From the NCBI GenBank assembly GCA_036524375.1, contig DATDCK010000053.1:12279-76278 (forward strand): a DNA stretch of 64,000 bases, read 5' to 3'. Of this stretch, positions 11,694-19,505 are shown piece after piece. The translations under genes were made by a program, and so were the position numbers. Source of the DNA: Solirubrobacterales bacterium. Lineage in GTDB: Bacteria > Actinomycetota > Thermoleophilia > Solirubrobacterales > 70-9. The stretch's first letter is position 1. Every line of letters starts with the position of its first letter. Under the pieces are notes generated by a model. That model saw only the letters and a program-made list of their open reading frames with translations, did no database searches and was not told the origin of the DNA.

Positions 11694-12620
11694 CTAGCGG
11701 ACTTTCAAGGTCAGCTTGCGCGTCGACTGCAGGCCGGCGACGTTGGTCGCGGTGACTTTTATCTTCAGGGGGAGGGCTACCCCCGGCCTCTTCAACGATT
11801 CGATCAGGTGGCGCGAGAATTTGAGTTTCGCGGTGGTGAACTGACCCTGGGTCCCGGAGCGGGTCCCTTTCCAGGTCACGTCGAGGGATTTCCGTGTCGG
11901 CGAGTCCGCGGCCGGGATCTTCACCTTGGCGTTGAAGGCGATCGAGGCTTTGCCGGGGCCGAACGGAGCCGCGAAGATTTTGACGAAGCCCCTGGTCTGC
12001 ACGGCGTAGGCGTCGATCCCGAGCGCCGGGCAGGCGACCAGGAGTTCGGCGCTCCGCGGGCAGAGGTCCTGGGTCTCGTCGCCGTAGCCGTCGTTATCGG
12101 CGTCCGGCTCGACGGTCGCCATCACCGGAACGCCGGTACCCGGAGCCGCGTTGAAGATCGTTTCCGCTCCGACCGGGAGATTGCCTTCGAAGAAACCGGT
12201 CTCACTGCCGGCTTGGCTTTTGCAGATGAAGGTGGCCTCGTCGCTGGCCAACCCGATCCGGTCGCCCGCCTGGACCGGGATCCGAGTCGGGTAGCTGCTC
12301 GTCCCGTCGATCACCCCGACCTCCTCGTCTATCGCCCGGAAGAAGTTCGCGGCACCGGTGGGCCGCAGGATCTTCATCCACTGTGGGATGCCACCGAACT
12401 CGGGAATCCCTTGGACCTGCCAGCGCGTGATGATGCCGTTCGCCGGGACCGCGACCTGCCTTCCGGAGCCGTTGGCGAGCTCGACCAGGGTGGCTTCGCC
12501 CGTGATCGAGTCGGCGACGCAGTCGTCCCCGACGACGGTCGCGGCCGACGCGCCGGGCGCCGCCGCGAGCGAAGAGAGCGCCAGGACTGCGATAAGGAGC
12601 GATGGCCGCAGCGCTCTCAT
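11694..12620 (-). CDS. secreted protein, paralog 2 of the tandem triplet
   Basis: Track ORF 11694..13970 trimmed to MRALRPSLLIAVLALSSLAAAPGASA (ATG 12618-12620). Motifs VGDDCVA, TRIPVQAGDRIG, EPDADNDGYGDETQDLCP. 308 aa. Stop lies 2 nt from the paralog 1 start. Confidence 0.75.
   Translation of the reverse strand: MRALRPSLLIAVLALSSLAAAPGASAATVVGDDCVADSITGEATLVELANGSGRQVAVPANGIITRWQVQGIPEFGGIPQWMKILRPTGAANFFRAIDEEVGVIDGTSSYPTRIPVQAGDRIGLASDEATFICKSQAGSETGFFEGNLPVGAETIFNAAPGTGVPVMATVEPDADNDGYGDETQDLCPRSAELLVACPALGIDAYAVQTRGFVKIFAAPFGPGKASIAFNAKVKIPAADSPTRKSLDVTWKGTRSGTQGQFTTAKLKFSRHLIESLKRPGVALPLKIKVTATNVAGLQSTRKLTLKVR
12058..12095. repeat. 38-nt segment identical to 11108-11145
   Basis: See 11108-11145. 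Confidence 0.9.
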
Positions 12621-13543
12621 CGCCGCGGTTTCAACTTGAAGTTTTCGTTGGCGGTGGCGACGCGGCCGATCGCGTCGGTCACCGTCGCCTTGGCCGTCAG
12701 CTTCAGCGACTTGCCGGCTGGGAGACCGGCGAGGGCCGTTTTGACGTTTTTCGGCAGCTTCAGCAGGAAGCGGCCGATCTTCGGCGGTTCCACGGTGCGC
12801 GTCACCGGCGCCAGGCGGGCGGTGCCTTTCTTCGGCAGCTTGACCGTGCCGCCCACCGTCACCGAGACACGGGCGCTCGCCGTCACCAGGACCAGGACCG
12901 CGCCCTTCTTGAAGACCAACGTCGCCTGGTGGATGACCGGCGGGCAGGCGCTCTGGCTGGCGGCGCTCTCGGGGCAGAAGTCCTGGGTCTCGTCGCCGAA
13001 GCCGTCGCCGTCGGCATCGGGCTCGACGATCCCGGTCACCGCGACCAGCGATTTTTCTTCCTGGTTGTCGAACTCGGAGGTCGTCCCGGCGGCGAGGACC
13101 GAGCCGACCCTGCCGATCAGGTCGCCGGGGTCGGCCGAGTCGCAGAAGAGGACCTTGCCGGCGGTGCCGAAGCGATCGCCGGCTTTGACCGGGAGCCGGG
13201 TGTCGAAGATGTTGATGCCGCCGCCGGCGACCTCGACCCCGCTCTCGCCGACGATCGAGAAACGGTTGCCCTCGACAGGACGGAAGACCTTGAGCTGGAG
13301 CGGGAACTGCTGGGCGGTCGGGAGGGTCACGTTGACCCGCCATTTCGTGACGACCCCATCGGCCGGCACGGTCAGCGGCTCCGGCCGGGAGCTCGAGCGG
13401 GTCAGCTGTATCGCCGTCCTGTCTTCGAGGAATTTCGTCGCGACGCAGTTGTTGCCGACCTCGACCGCCGCCGATGCCGAGCCGGCGAAGGCAATCGATG
13501 CCGTTGCCGCAATCGCCCCGATCAGTGCTCCGCGAAGGCGCAT
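12617..13543 (-). CDS. secreted protein, paralog 3 of the tandem triplet
   Basis: Signal peptide ...AGSASA|AV. Motifs VGNNCVA, TRLPVKAGDRFG, EPDADGDGFGDETQDFCP. 308 aa. ATGA overlap with paralog 2. Confidence 0.75.
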   Translation of the reverse strand: MRLRGALIGAIAATASIAFAGSASAAVEVGNNCVATKFLEDRTAIQLTRSSSRPEPLTVPADGVVTKWRVNVTLPTAQQFPLQLKVFRPVEGNRFSIVGESGVEVAGGGINIFDTRLPVKAGDRFGTAGKVLFCDSADPGDLIGRVGSVLAAGTTSEFDNQEEKSLVAVTGIVEPDADGDGFGDETQDFCPESAASQSACPPVIHQATLVFKKGAVLVLVTASARVSVTVGGTVKLPKKGTARLAPVTRTVEPPKIGRFLLKLPKNVKTALAGLPAGKSLKLTAKATVTDAIGRVATANENFKLKPRR

Positions 13544-13650
13544 CGCGACGTCCTAGCCCGTTCCCTTCCGCATTGAATCCCCCTCGTGGTGGACGAAACT
13601 CCGACAGGGGGAGGGTACCGCCGCCCGCCGACCCCTCAATTGTTTTGGAC

Positions 13651-15840
13651 CTATGGCGTCGGGGCCGCTTGCCGGTCGGCCAGCGAGCGCCACGCGTCGG
13701 CGGCGGTCTCGAGCCCGAGGCTGAGGCTGCGGTCGCCGGCGGCGAGCTCGATCGTCGTCCCGCCGGTCGTGCCGAGGATGGTCGCGCCGAGCTCTTCGAG
13801 CGTCGCCCGATCGCCGCTGACGACGAAGCCGCCAGCGCCCTCGCCGAACAGGGCCTCCTCCGGAGCGCAGCCGCGCTCGCGCAAGGGCTGCAGGTCGACC
13901 CGGCAGCCGATCCCGGACGAGATCGCGGACTCGGCCAGGGCACAGGCGAGCCCGCCGTCGCTGATGTCATGGGCGGAGGAGAGCCGACCCTCGCGGACCG
14001 CGAAGCGGACCACCGCGCAGGCGGCGGCGACCGTGGCCACGTCGGGCTCTGGCAGGCCGGTATCGAGCTCGCCGCGCAGCTTCGCCAGCTCCGAGCCGGC
14101 CAGGTTCGGTTCGAACGGCCCGACCAGGCCTATCGCCTTTTTCTCGGCATCGAAGCCGCTGCCGACCGTGCGCGCCGGGTCGGGAAGCTCGCCGACCATG
14201 CCGACCACCGGGGTCGGGTAGATCGGCCCTTCGGGCCCCTCGTTGTAGAGCGAGACGTTGCCGCCCACCACCGGAACGCCGAGCGCCTCGCAGGCGTCGG
14301 CGAGGGCCGTGACCGAGCGGTCGAGCTGCCATGCCGGCGTCGGCTTCTCGGGGTTGCCGAAGTTGAGGCAGTTGGTCAGGCCGAGCGGCTCGGCGCCGAC
14401 GCAGGCGAGGTTCTGGGCGCACTCGAGGACCGCCTCGATCGTGCCGGCGTAGGGATCGCAGGCGACTCGGCGCCCGTTGCCGTCGATCGAGACCGCGATC
14501 GCATTGCCGGCCTCGGGGATCTGGAGGACCGCGGCGTCGGCGGACTCCGGCCGCCGCACGGTGCGCGAGCCGACGACCGAGTCGTACTGCTCGAACGCCC
14601 AGCGCTTGGAGGCGACGCTGGGGGAGGAGAGGAGCGCCAGCAGGGTCTCCTCGCCGGATGCGCCCGGGTCGAGCGTCGTGCGGTTGCCGTAGGCCCAGCC
14701 CTCGGGCTGCGCCGGCTCGAGGTCGTAGAGAGGGCAGCCGTCGACCAGGGCCTCGACCGGCATCTCACCGACGACCTCACCGTCGCGCAGCACCCTGACC
14801 TGTCCCGAGGCGGTGATCTCGCCGATCCGGGCGCAGCCGGTCTGCCACTTCTCGCAGAGCGCGGCGACCTCGTCGACGCGGGCCGGTTCGACCACCGCCA
14901 GCATCCGCTCCTGTGACTCGGAGACCATGATCTCGAAGGCCTCCATACCGGACTCGCGGAGCGGGACGCGGGCGACGTCGAGGTCGACCCCGACCCCGCC
15001 GGCCGAGGCCATCTCGGCGGCCGAGGAGGTCAGCCCCGCGGCGCCGAGGTCCTGGAGCGAGACGAGCAGTCCCTGGCCGAGCAGCTCCAGGCAGCACTCG
15101 AGCACCTTCGACTCCTCGAAGGGGTCCCCGATCTGCACGGTCGGGCGCTTTGCCTCGTCCCCCTCGCCGAGCTCGGCCGAGGCGAGGACCGAGGCGCCGC
15201 CGATCCCGTCGCGCCCCGTCGAGGCTCCCATCAGGATGACGGCGTTGCCGACCCCGGCGGCGGCGGCCCGGACCATCTCGTCCTGCTTGGCGATGCCGAC
15301 GCACATCGCATTGACCAGGCAGTTGTGCTCGTAGGGCTCCTCGAAGTAGATCTCGCCGCCGACCGTCGCCACCCCGATCGAGTTGCCGTAGTGGCCGATG
15401 CCGCGGACCGCCCCGTCGAGCAGGAAGCGCGAGCGCTCGGAGTCGAGCTCGCCAAAGCGAAGGCTGTCGAGGATCGCTATCGGCCGGGCGCCGAGCGCGA
15501 AGACGTCGCGAAGGATCCCGCCGACCCCGGTCGCCGCGCCCTGGAAGGGCTCGACCGCGCTCGGGTGGTTGTGCGACTCGACCTTGAAGGCGATCGCGTA
15601 GCCGTTGCCGATGTCGACGGCGCCGGCGTTCTCGCCCGGGCCCATGACCACCCGCTCGCCCTCGGTCGGCAGCTTCCGCAGCAGCTTTTTCGAGTGCTTG
15701 TAGGCGCAGTGCTCGGACCAGAGCAGGCTGAACATCGCGAGCTCGACGTCGTTGGGCTCGCGCCCGAGCTTCTCGACGATCAGGTCGAGCTCGGAGTCGG
15801 TCAGGCCGAGGGCGCGGTGGGGGGCGAGCTCGGTGCTCAC
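13651..15840 (-). CDS. purL: phosphoribosylformylglycinamidine synthase subunit II
   Basis: LGLTDSELDLIVEKLGREPNDVELAMFSLLWSEHCAYKHSK. Track ORF trimmed to the GTG at 15838-15840, which overlaps the purQ stop (GTGA). 729 aa. Confidence 0.95.
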   Translation of the reverse strand: MSTELAPHRALGLTDSELDLIVEKLGREPNDVELAMFSLLWSEHCAYKHSKKLLRKLPTEGERVVMGPGENAGAVDIGNGYAIAFKVESHNHPSAVEPFQGAATGVGGILRDVFALGARPIAILDSLRFGELDSERSRFLLDGAVRGIGHYGNSIGVATVGGEIYFEEPYEHNCLVNAMCVGIAKQDEMVRAAAAGVGNAVILMGASTGRDGIGGASVLASAELGEGDEAKRPTVQIGDPFEESKVLECCLELLGQGLLVSLQDLGAAGLTSSAAEMASAGGVGVDLDVARVPLRESGMEAFEIMVSESQERMLAVVEPARVDEVAALCEKWQTGCARIGEITASGQVRVLRDGEVVGEMPVEALVDGCPLYDLEPAQPEGWAYGNRTTLDPGASGEETLLALLSSPSVASKRWAFEQYDSVVGSRTVRRPESADAAVLQIPEAGNAIAVSIDGNGRRVACDPYAGTIEAVLECAQNLACVGAEPLGLTNCLNFGNPEKPTPAWQLDRSVTALADACEALGVPVVGGNVSLYNEGPEGPIYPTPVVGMVGELPDPARTVGSGFDAEKKAIGLVGPFEPNLAGSELAKLRGELDTGLPEPDVATVAAACAVVRFAVREGRLSSAHDISDGGLACALAESAISSGIGCRVDLQPLRERGCAPEEALFGEGAGGFVVSGDRATLEELGATILGTTGGTTIELAAGDRSLSLGLETAADAWRSLADRQAAPTP

Positions 15841-16502
15841 GCCGCCACCCGCTCGAGGCGACGGAACACCTCGAGGCCGTCGGTCGACCCGGTCAGGGGG
15901 TCGACCGCGTGCTCGGGGTGGGGCATCAGGCCGAGGACGTTGCCGGCCTCGTTGACGACGCCGGCGATGTCGCGGACCGACCCGTTCGGGTTCTGGCCCG
16001 GCGCGTAGCGGTAGGCGACCTGGCCGTTGGCCTCGAGCTCGTCGAGCGTCTCCTCCGGTGCCCAATAGCGCCCTTCCCCGTGCTTCACCGGAATCGACAG
16101 CCGATGGGCCGAATTGTCGGGTCCGGCTGGACTTATCGGCCCGTCGACGATCAGGTCGACCTGGCGGTGGACGAAGCGGAGGTCCTCGTTGCGGAGCAGC
16201 GCCCCTGGCAGCAGCCCCGCCTCGCAGAGGACCTGGAAGCCGTTGCAGATGCCGAGCACCGGCCGGCCCGCCGCCGCCAGCTCGGCGACCGCCTCCATCG
16301 CCGGCGAGAAGCGGGCGATCGCGCCGGCCCGCAGGTAGTCGCCGTAGGAGAAGCCGCCGGGGACGACGACCGCGTCGACGCCGCCGCCCAGCTCACCGTC
16401 CTCGTGCCAGATCAGCTTCGGCTCGGCACCCAGCAGCCCGCAGGCGTGCAGGGCGTCGCGCTCGTCACAGGACCCGGGGAACTGAAGGACTCCCCAGATC
16501 AC
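15837..16502 (-). CDS. purQ: phosphoribosylformylglycinamidine synthase, glutaminase subunit
   Basis: (V)IWGVLQFPGSCDERD...VVPGGFSYGDYLR...LGICNGFQVL...MPHPE. The GTG at 16500-16502 overlaps the purS stop (GTGA). Confidence 0.93.
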   Translation of the reverse strand: MIWGVLQFPGSCDERDALHACGLLGAEPKLIWHEDGELGGGVDAVVVPGGFSYGDYLRAGAIARFSPAMEAVAELAAAGRPVLGICNGFQVLCEAGLLPGALLRNEDLRFVHRQVDLIVDGPISPAGPDNSAHRLSIPVKHGEGRYWAPEETLDELEANGQVAYRYAPGQNPNGSVRDIAGVVNEAGNVLGLMPHPEHAVDPLTGSTDGLEVFRRLERVAA

Positions 16503-16723
16503 AACGTTTCGATCTCGAAGTCCTCGATCAGCGGGTTCGCGAGCAGCTTCTCGCAGAGCTCCGAGAGCCGCTCCGGGTCCTCGGCCTCGAGCTCGACCAT
16601 GCGGCCGACCCGCACGTGCTCGATCCCCTCGAACCCGAGCGCCGGCAGCGCCCGCTCGACCGCCTTGCCCTGGGGGTCGAGGATTCCCTCCTTGGGGCGG
16701 ATCAGGACCCTCGCCCTGGGCAC
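16499..16723 (-). CDS. purS: phosphoribosylformylglycinamidine synthase subunit PurS
   Basis: 74 aa, VPRARVLIRPKEGILDPQGKAVERALPALGF... The GTG at 16721-16723 shares 1 nt with the purC stop. Confidence 0.9.
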   Translation of the reverse strand: MPRARVLIRPKEGILDPQGKAVERALPALGFEGIEHVRVGRMVELEAEDPERLSELCEKLLANPLIEDFEIETL

Positions 16724-17571
16724 TAGAAGGTTGTCTCCGTGATCCGCTCGTAGGCCTCGACGTATTTGCCGCGGGTCTGCTCGACCACGTCGGCGGGCAG
16801 CTCCGGGGCGGGCGGAGATTTGTCCCAGCCCTGCTCGCTCGCCCAGTCGCGCACGAACTGCTTGTCGAAGGACGGCGGCGTCCGGCCCGGCTCGTAGCGG
16901 TCGGCCGGCCAGAAGCGGGAGGAGTCGGGAGTGAGGACCTCGTCGGCGAGGACGACCTCGGCACCCGCGTGGCTGCCGAACTCGAACTTGGTGTCGGCGA
17001 GGATGACCCCGCGCTCGGCAGCGTGCTCGGCGCCGCGGGTGTAGACCTCGATCGAGATCCTCCGCAGCTCCTCCATCAGGGCCCGGTCGCCGACGATCTC
17101 CGCCGCCCGCTCGAAGTCGACGTTCTCGTCGTGGTCGCCGATCTCGGCCTTGGTCGCCGGGGTGAAGATCGGCTCCGGCAGCTTGTCGGACTCGACCAGG
17201 CCGGCCGGCAGCTCGATCCCGCAGACGGCCCCACCCTCCTTGTATTCCTTCCAGCCCGAGCCCGAGAGGTAGCCGCGGACCACACACTCGACCGGGTACA
17301 TCTCCAGCCGCCGCACCCGCATCGCCCGGTCCGCCACCTCTTCGGGGACGTCGTTCGAGATGAAGTGGTTGGGGACGATCTCGCCGGTCAGCTCGAACCA
17401 GAATTCGGAGATCCGGTTCAGCACCTTGCCCTTGTCCGGGATCGGCGTCGGCATCACCACGTCGTAGATGGAGATCCGGTCGGAGGCGACCATCAGCAGG
17501 TCGTCCTCCCACTCGTAGATCTCGCGCACCTTCCCGGAGGAGTGCAGCTTCAGGTCCTCGACCGTCGTCAT
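16723..17571 (-). CDS. purC: phosphoribosylaminoimidazole-succinocarboxamide synthase
   Basis: LHSSGKVREIY...SDRISIYD...ILADTKFEFG motifs. Confidence 0.95.
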   Translation of the reverse strand: MTTVEDLKLHSSGKVREIYEWEDDLLMVASDRISIYDVVMPTPIPDKGKVLNRISEFWFELTGEIVPNHFISNDVPEEVADRAMRVRRLEMYPVECVVRGYLSGSGWKEYKEGGAVCGIELPAGLVESDKLPEPIFTPATKAEIGDHDENVDFERAAEIVGDRALMEELRRISIEVYTRGAEHAAERGVILADTKFEFGSHAGAEVVLADEVLTPDSSRFWPADRYEPGRTPPSFDKQFVRDWASEQGWDKSPPAPELPADVVEQTRGKYVEAYERITETTF

Positions 17572-17603
17572 CGGTCTCGACTCTAGCTGTCGTCTGCGAT
17601 GCT

Positions 17604-18944
17604 TTGCTCGTGACGTTGCCGCCCGAACCGGCGATCGGCCCGCTGCGCCAGACTCTGGCCTGGTCGGTCCGGCCTTTCGGCTTCCTCGAGAGGTGCCGCC
17701 GGGAGCTCGGCGACTCGTTCAGTCTCACCTTCCTCGGCTTCGAGCGGCCGATGGTGATGATCACCGAGCCGGCCGCGATCAAAGCTCTCTACACCGAGCG
17801 CGACCAGGGCCTGCCGCCCGGCCGCAACATCTTCCTCGAGCCGATCCTCGGCTCGCGCTCACTGCTCCTGCTCGAGGGCGCCGACCACCTCGCCCACCGC
17901 AAGCTGATGCTGCCCGCCTTCCACGGCGAGCGGATGCGCTCCTTCGAGCCGATGATGGAGTCGATCGTCGACGCCGAGATCGACTCCTGGCCTCTGGGCG
18001 AGGAGCTCCCGCTGCACCCGCGGATGCAGGCGGTGACGCTGGAGGTGATCCTGCGCGTCGTCTTCGGGGTCTCCGACGGCCCCCGCCTCGAGCAGCTGCG
18101 CGGCCTGCTCCGCAACCTCTTGACCGAGACGGGGTCGGCCGGAGTCCAGCTGCGGGCGCTGCTGCTGCGGCGCTTCGGCAGCGAGGCTTCGGTCTGGGGG
18201 AAGTTCGAAGGGCGGCTGCGGGAAGTCGACGACCTTCTCTACGCGGAGATCGCCGAGCACCGCGCCAAGGACGACCTCGAGGACCGCGATGACATCCTCT
18301 CGACCCTGATCCTCGCCCGCTTCGAGGACGGGGCGGGAATGAGCGACAAAGACCTGCGCGACCAGCTGATGACCCTGCTGCTGGCCGGCCACGAGACGAC
18401 TGCGACCGGGCTGGCCTGGACCTTCGACCTGATCCTCCGCCACCCTGCCGTGCTCGAGCGGCTGCGCGAAGAGCTCGAGGCCGGCGAGGACGAGTACCTG
18501 CGCGCCGTGATCAGCGAGTCGCTGCGCCTGCGTCCCGTGGTTCCGGTCGCCGGGCGGCGGCTGAAGAAGCCGCTGGTGAGCGAGGGGCTCGAGCTGCCGG
18601 CGGGCACCGACGTCACCCCGGCGATCTGGCTCGCCCACACCCGGGCCGACACCTACCCCGAGCCCTACGCGTTCCGACCCGAGCGCTTCCTCGAGGACGG
18701 GCCCGAGACCTACGCCTGGGTCCCGTTCGGCGGCGGCGTCCGGCGCTGCATCGGCGGCGCCTTCGCCGAGTTCGAGATGCGGATCGTGCTGCGCGAGGTC
18801 CTGACCCGCTGCGAGCTCCACAAGGCCGACCCGGCCCCCGAGCGCGTCGCGCGGCGCAATATCACGCTCTCGCCGAAGGCCGGGACCCCGGTCGTCGTCA
18901 CCGCCCGCCATCCGGCGCGCGAGCGCGACCTGGCCGCTGCCTAG
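17604..18944 (+). CDS. cytochrome P450
   Basis: Heme-thiolate loop FGGGVRRCIGGAFA, I-helix LLLAGHETT and ESLRLRP (ExxR). TTG start, with an alternative GTG 6 nt downstream. Confidence 0.9.
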   Translation: MLVTLPPEPAIGPLRQTLAWSVRPFGFLERCRRELGDSFSLTFLGFERPMVMITEPAAIKALYTERDQGLPPGRNIFLEPILGSRSLLLLEGADHLAHRKLMLPAFHGERMRSFEPMMESIVDAEIDSWPLGEELPLHPRMQAVTLEVILRVVFGVSDGPRLEQLRGLLRNLLTETGSAGVQLRALLLRRFGSEASVWGKFEGRLREVDDLLYAEIAEHRAKDDLEDRDDILSTLILARFEDGAGMSDKDLRDQLMTLLLAGHETTATGLAWTFDLILRHPAVLERLREELEAGEDEYLRAVISESLRLRPVVPVAGRRLKKPLVSEGLELPAGTDVTPAIWLAHTRADTYPEPYAFRPERFLEDGPETYAWVPFGGGVRRCIGGAFAEFEMRIVLREVLTRCELHKADPAPERVARRNITLSPKAGTPVVVTARHPARERDLAAA

Positions 18945-19246
18945 CTGTCGCCGGAGGCCGCTTTGGCCGCCGGGTGTTCCCGGACCCAGCGTGCGATCAC
19001 CGACGAGCCGGAGATCACCTCGCCGTCGTCGAGGACGAGGATCGGCACCTCGTTGGTGCCGCTCAACTCCCTGACCTCGGCGCGGTCGTCATCGCGGCTG
19101 CCCCAGGTCCAGGGCATCAGCCGGTAGCCGCCGACCACCTTCAGCTCGTACTCGTAGCCCGCCTGGTCGAGGGCCTTGGCGGCCTTTCCGCAGGGGTGGC
19201 CGAGGGAGCCGAGGGACTTCTTCTGTCCACACGTGTAGAGGAGCAT
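18941..19246 (-). CDS. glutaredoxin / GST-N-like thioredoxin-fold protein
   Basis: 101 aa. MLLYTCGQKK...HPCGKAAKALD...VPILVLDDGEVISGS is a thioredoxin-fold pattern. The convergent stop overlaps the P450 stop in a shared CTAG. Confidence 0.6.
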   Translation of the reverse strand: MLLYTCGQKKSLGSLGHPCGKAAKALDQAGYEYELKVVGGYRLMPWTWGSRDDDRAEVRELSGTNEVPILVLDDGEVISGSSVIARWVREHPAAKAASGDS

Positions 19247-19274
19247 CGCGCCACCCTAGCGTCCTCACCCCCCG

Positions 19275-19309
19275 GCCCACGACCCGGCTGGGAGGGCCGG
19301 GTCGTGGGC
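19275..19309. other. perfect 14-bp GC-rich hairpin (7-nt loop) in the purB/grx intergenic region
   Basis: GCCCACGACCCGGC (19275-19288) pairs with GCCGGGTCGTGGGC (19296-19309). A third copy of CGACCCGGC lies at 19491-19499 and could pair alternatively. No U-tract on either strand. Confidence 0.5.
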
Positions 19310-19505
19310 GCCGGGCCACCGCTCCGACCACCTGACCAGGGTGAGTGACGGGGCCGTTCTTCTGAGGGGCGCCTCCCGTGGAGGATGGGAGTCGAACCAG
19401 GGAAGGAACCGAAATCTAGGCGCAGGCGGACCCTGTTCCTAAGGCCCGCTGTCCATATTTCCGGCGCCACTCTTGTACGCCGGTACGAGGCGACCCGGCC
19501 GGTAG

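Noticed and set aside
13578-13612. Weak hairpin TCCCCCT-N21-AGGGGGA between purL and paralog 3 as a possible terminator.
   Set aside because: It has only a 7-bp stem with a 21-nt loop and a poor U-tract, which is not enough to call it a terminator.
11694-13970. Very long N-terminal extensions offered by the ORF track. Affected track ORFs: 11694..13970, 6423..8072, 7619..9151, 13651..16065, 15837..16964, 16499..17782, 28411..30429, 31504..32412, 37478..39019, 50699..52285 and 48029..49186.
   Set aside because: - The extensions run through the upstream gene in another frame and are Arg/Pro-rich.
- They precede obvious family N-termini or signal peptides.
- In each case an internal ATG/GTG/TTG sits at a 1-4 nt overlap with, or just after, the upstream stop codon. 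The genes were trimmed accordingly.
18941-18944. The convergent P450 and glutaredoxin-like genes share a palindromic CTAG that serves as the TAG stop on both strands.
   Set aside because: This is real but trivial, a consequence of tight convergent packing. No functional implication can be supported.
19378-19398. The string complementary to GGTTCGACTCCCATCCTCCA looks like the 3' end (T-loop plus acceptor) of a minus-strand tRNA, tRNA-Sec or tmRNA.
   Set aside because: - The T-stem does not pair: CCTGG precedes TTCGACT where ATGGG would be needed.
- No matching 5' acceptor strand (GGAGGATG) exists within 130 nt.
- No anticodon arm could be drawn.
- purB starts occupying the strand at 19506, so a 350-nt tmRNA cannot fit.
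- It is kept only as part of the structured-spacer finding.
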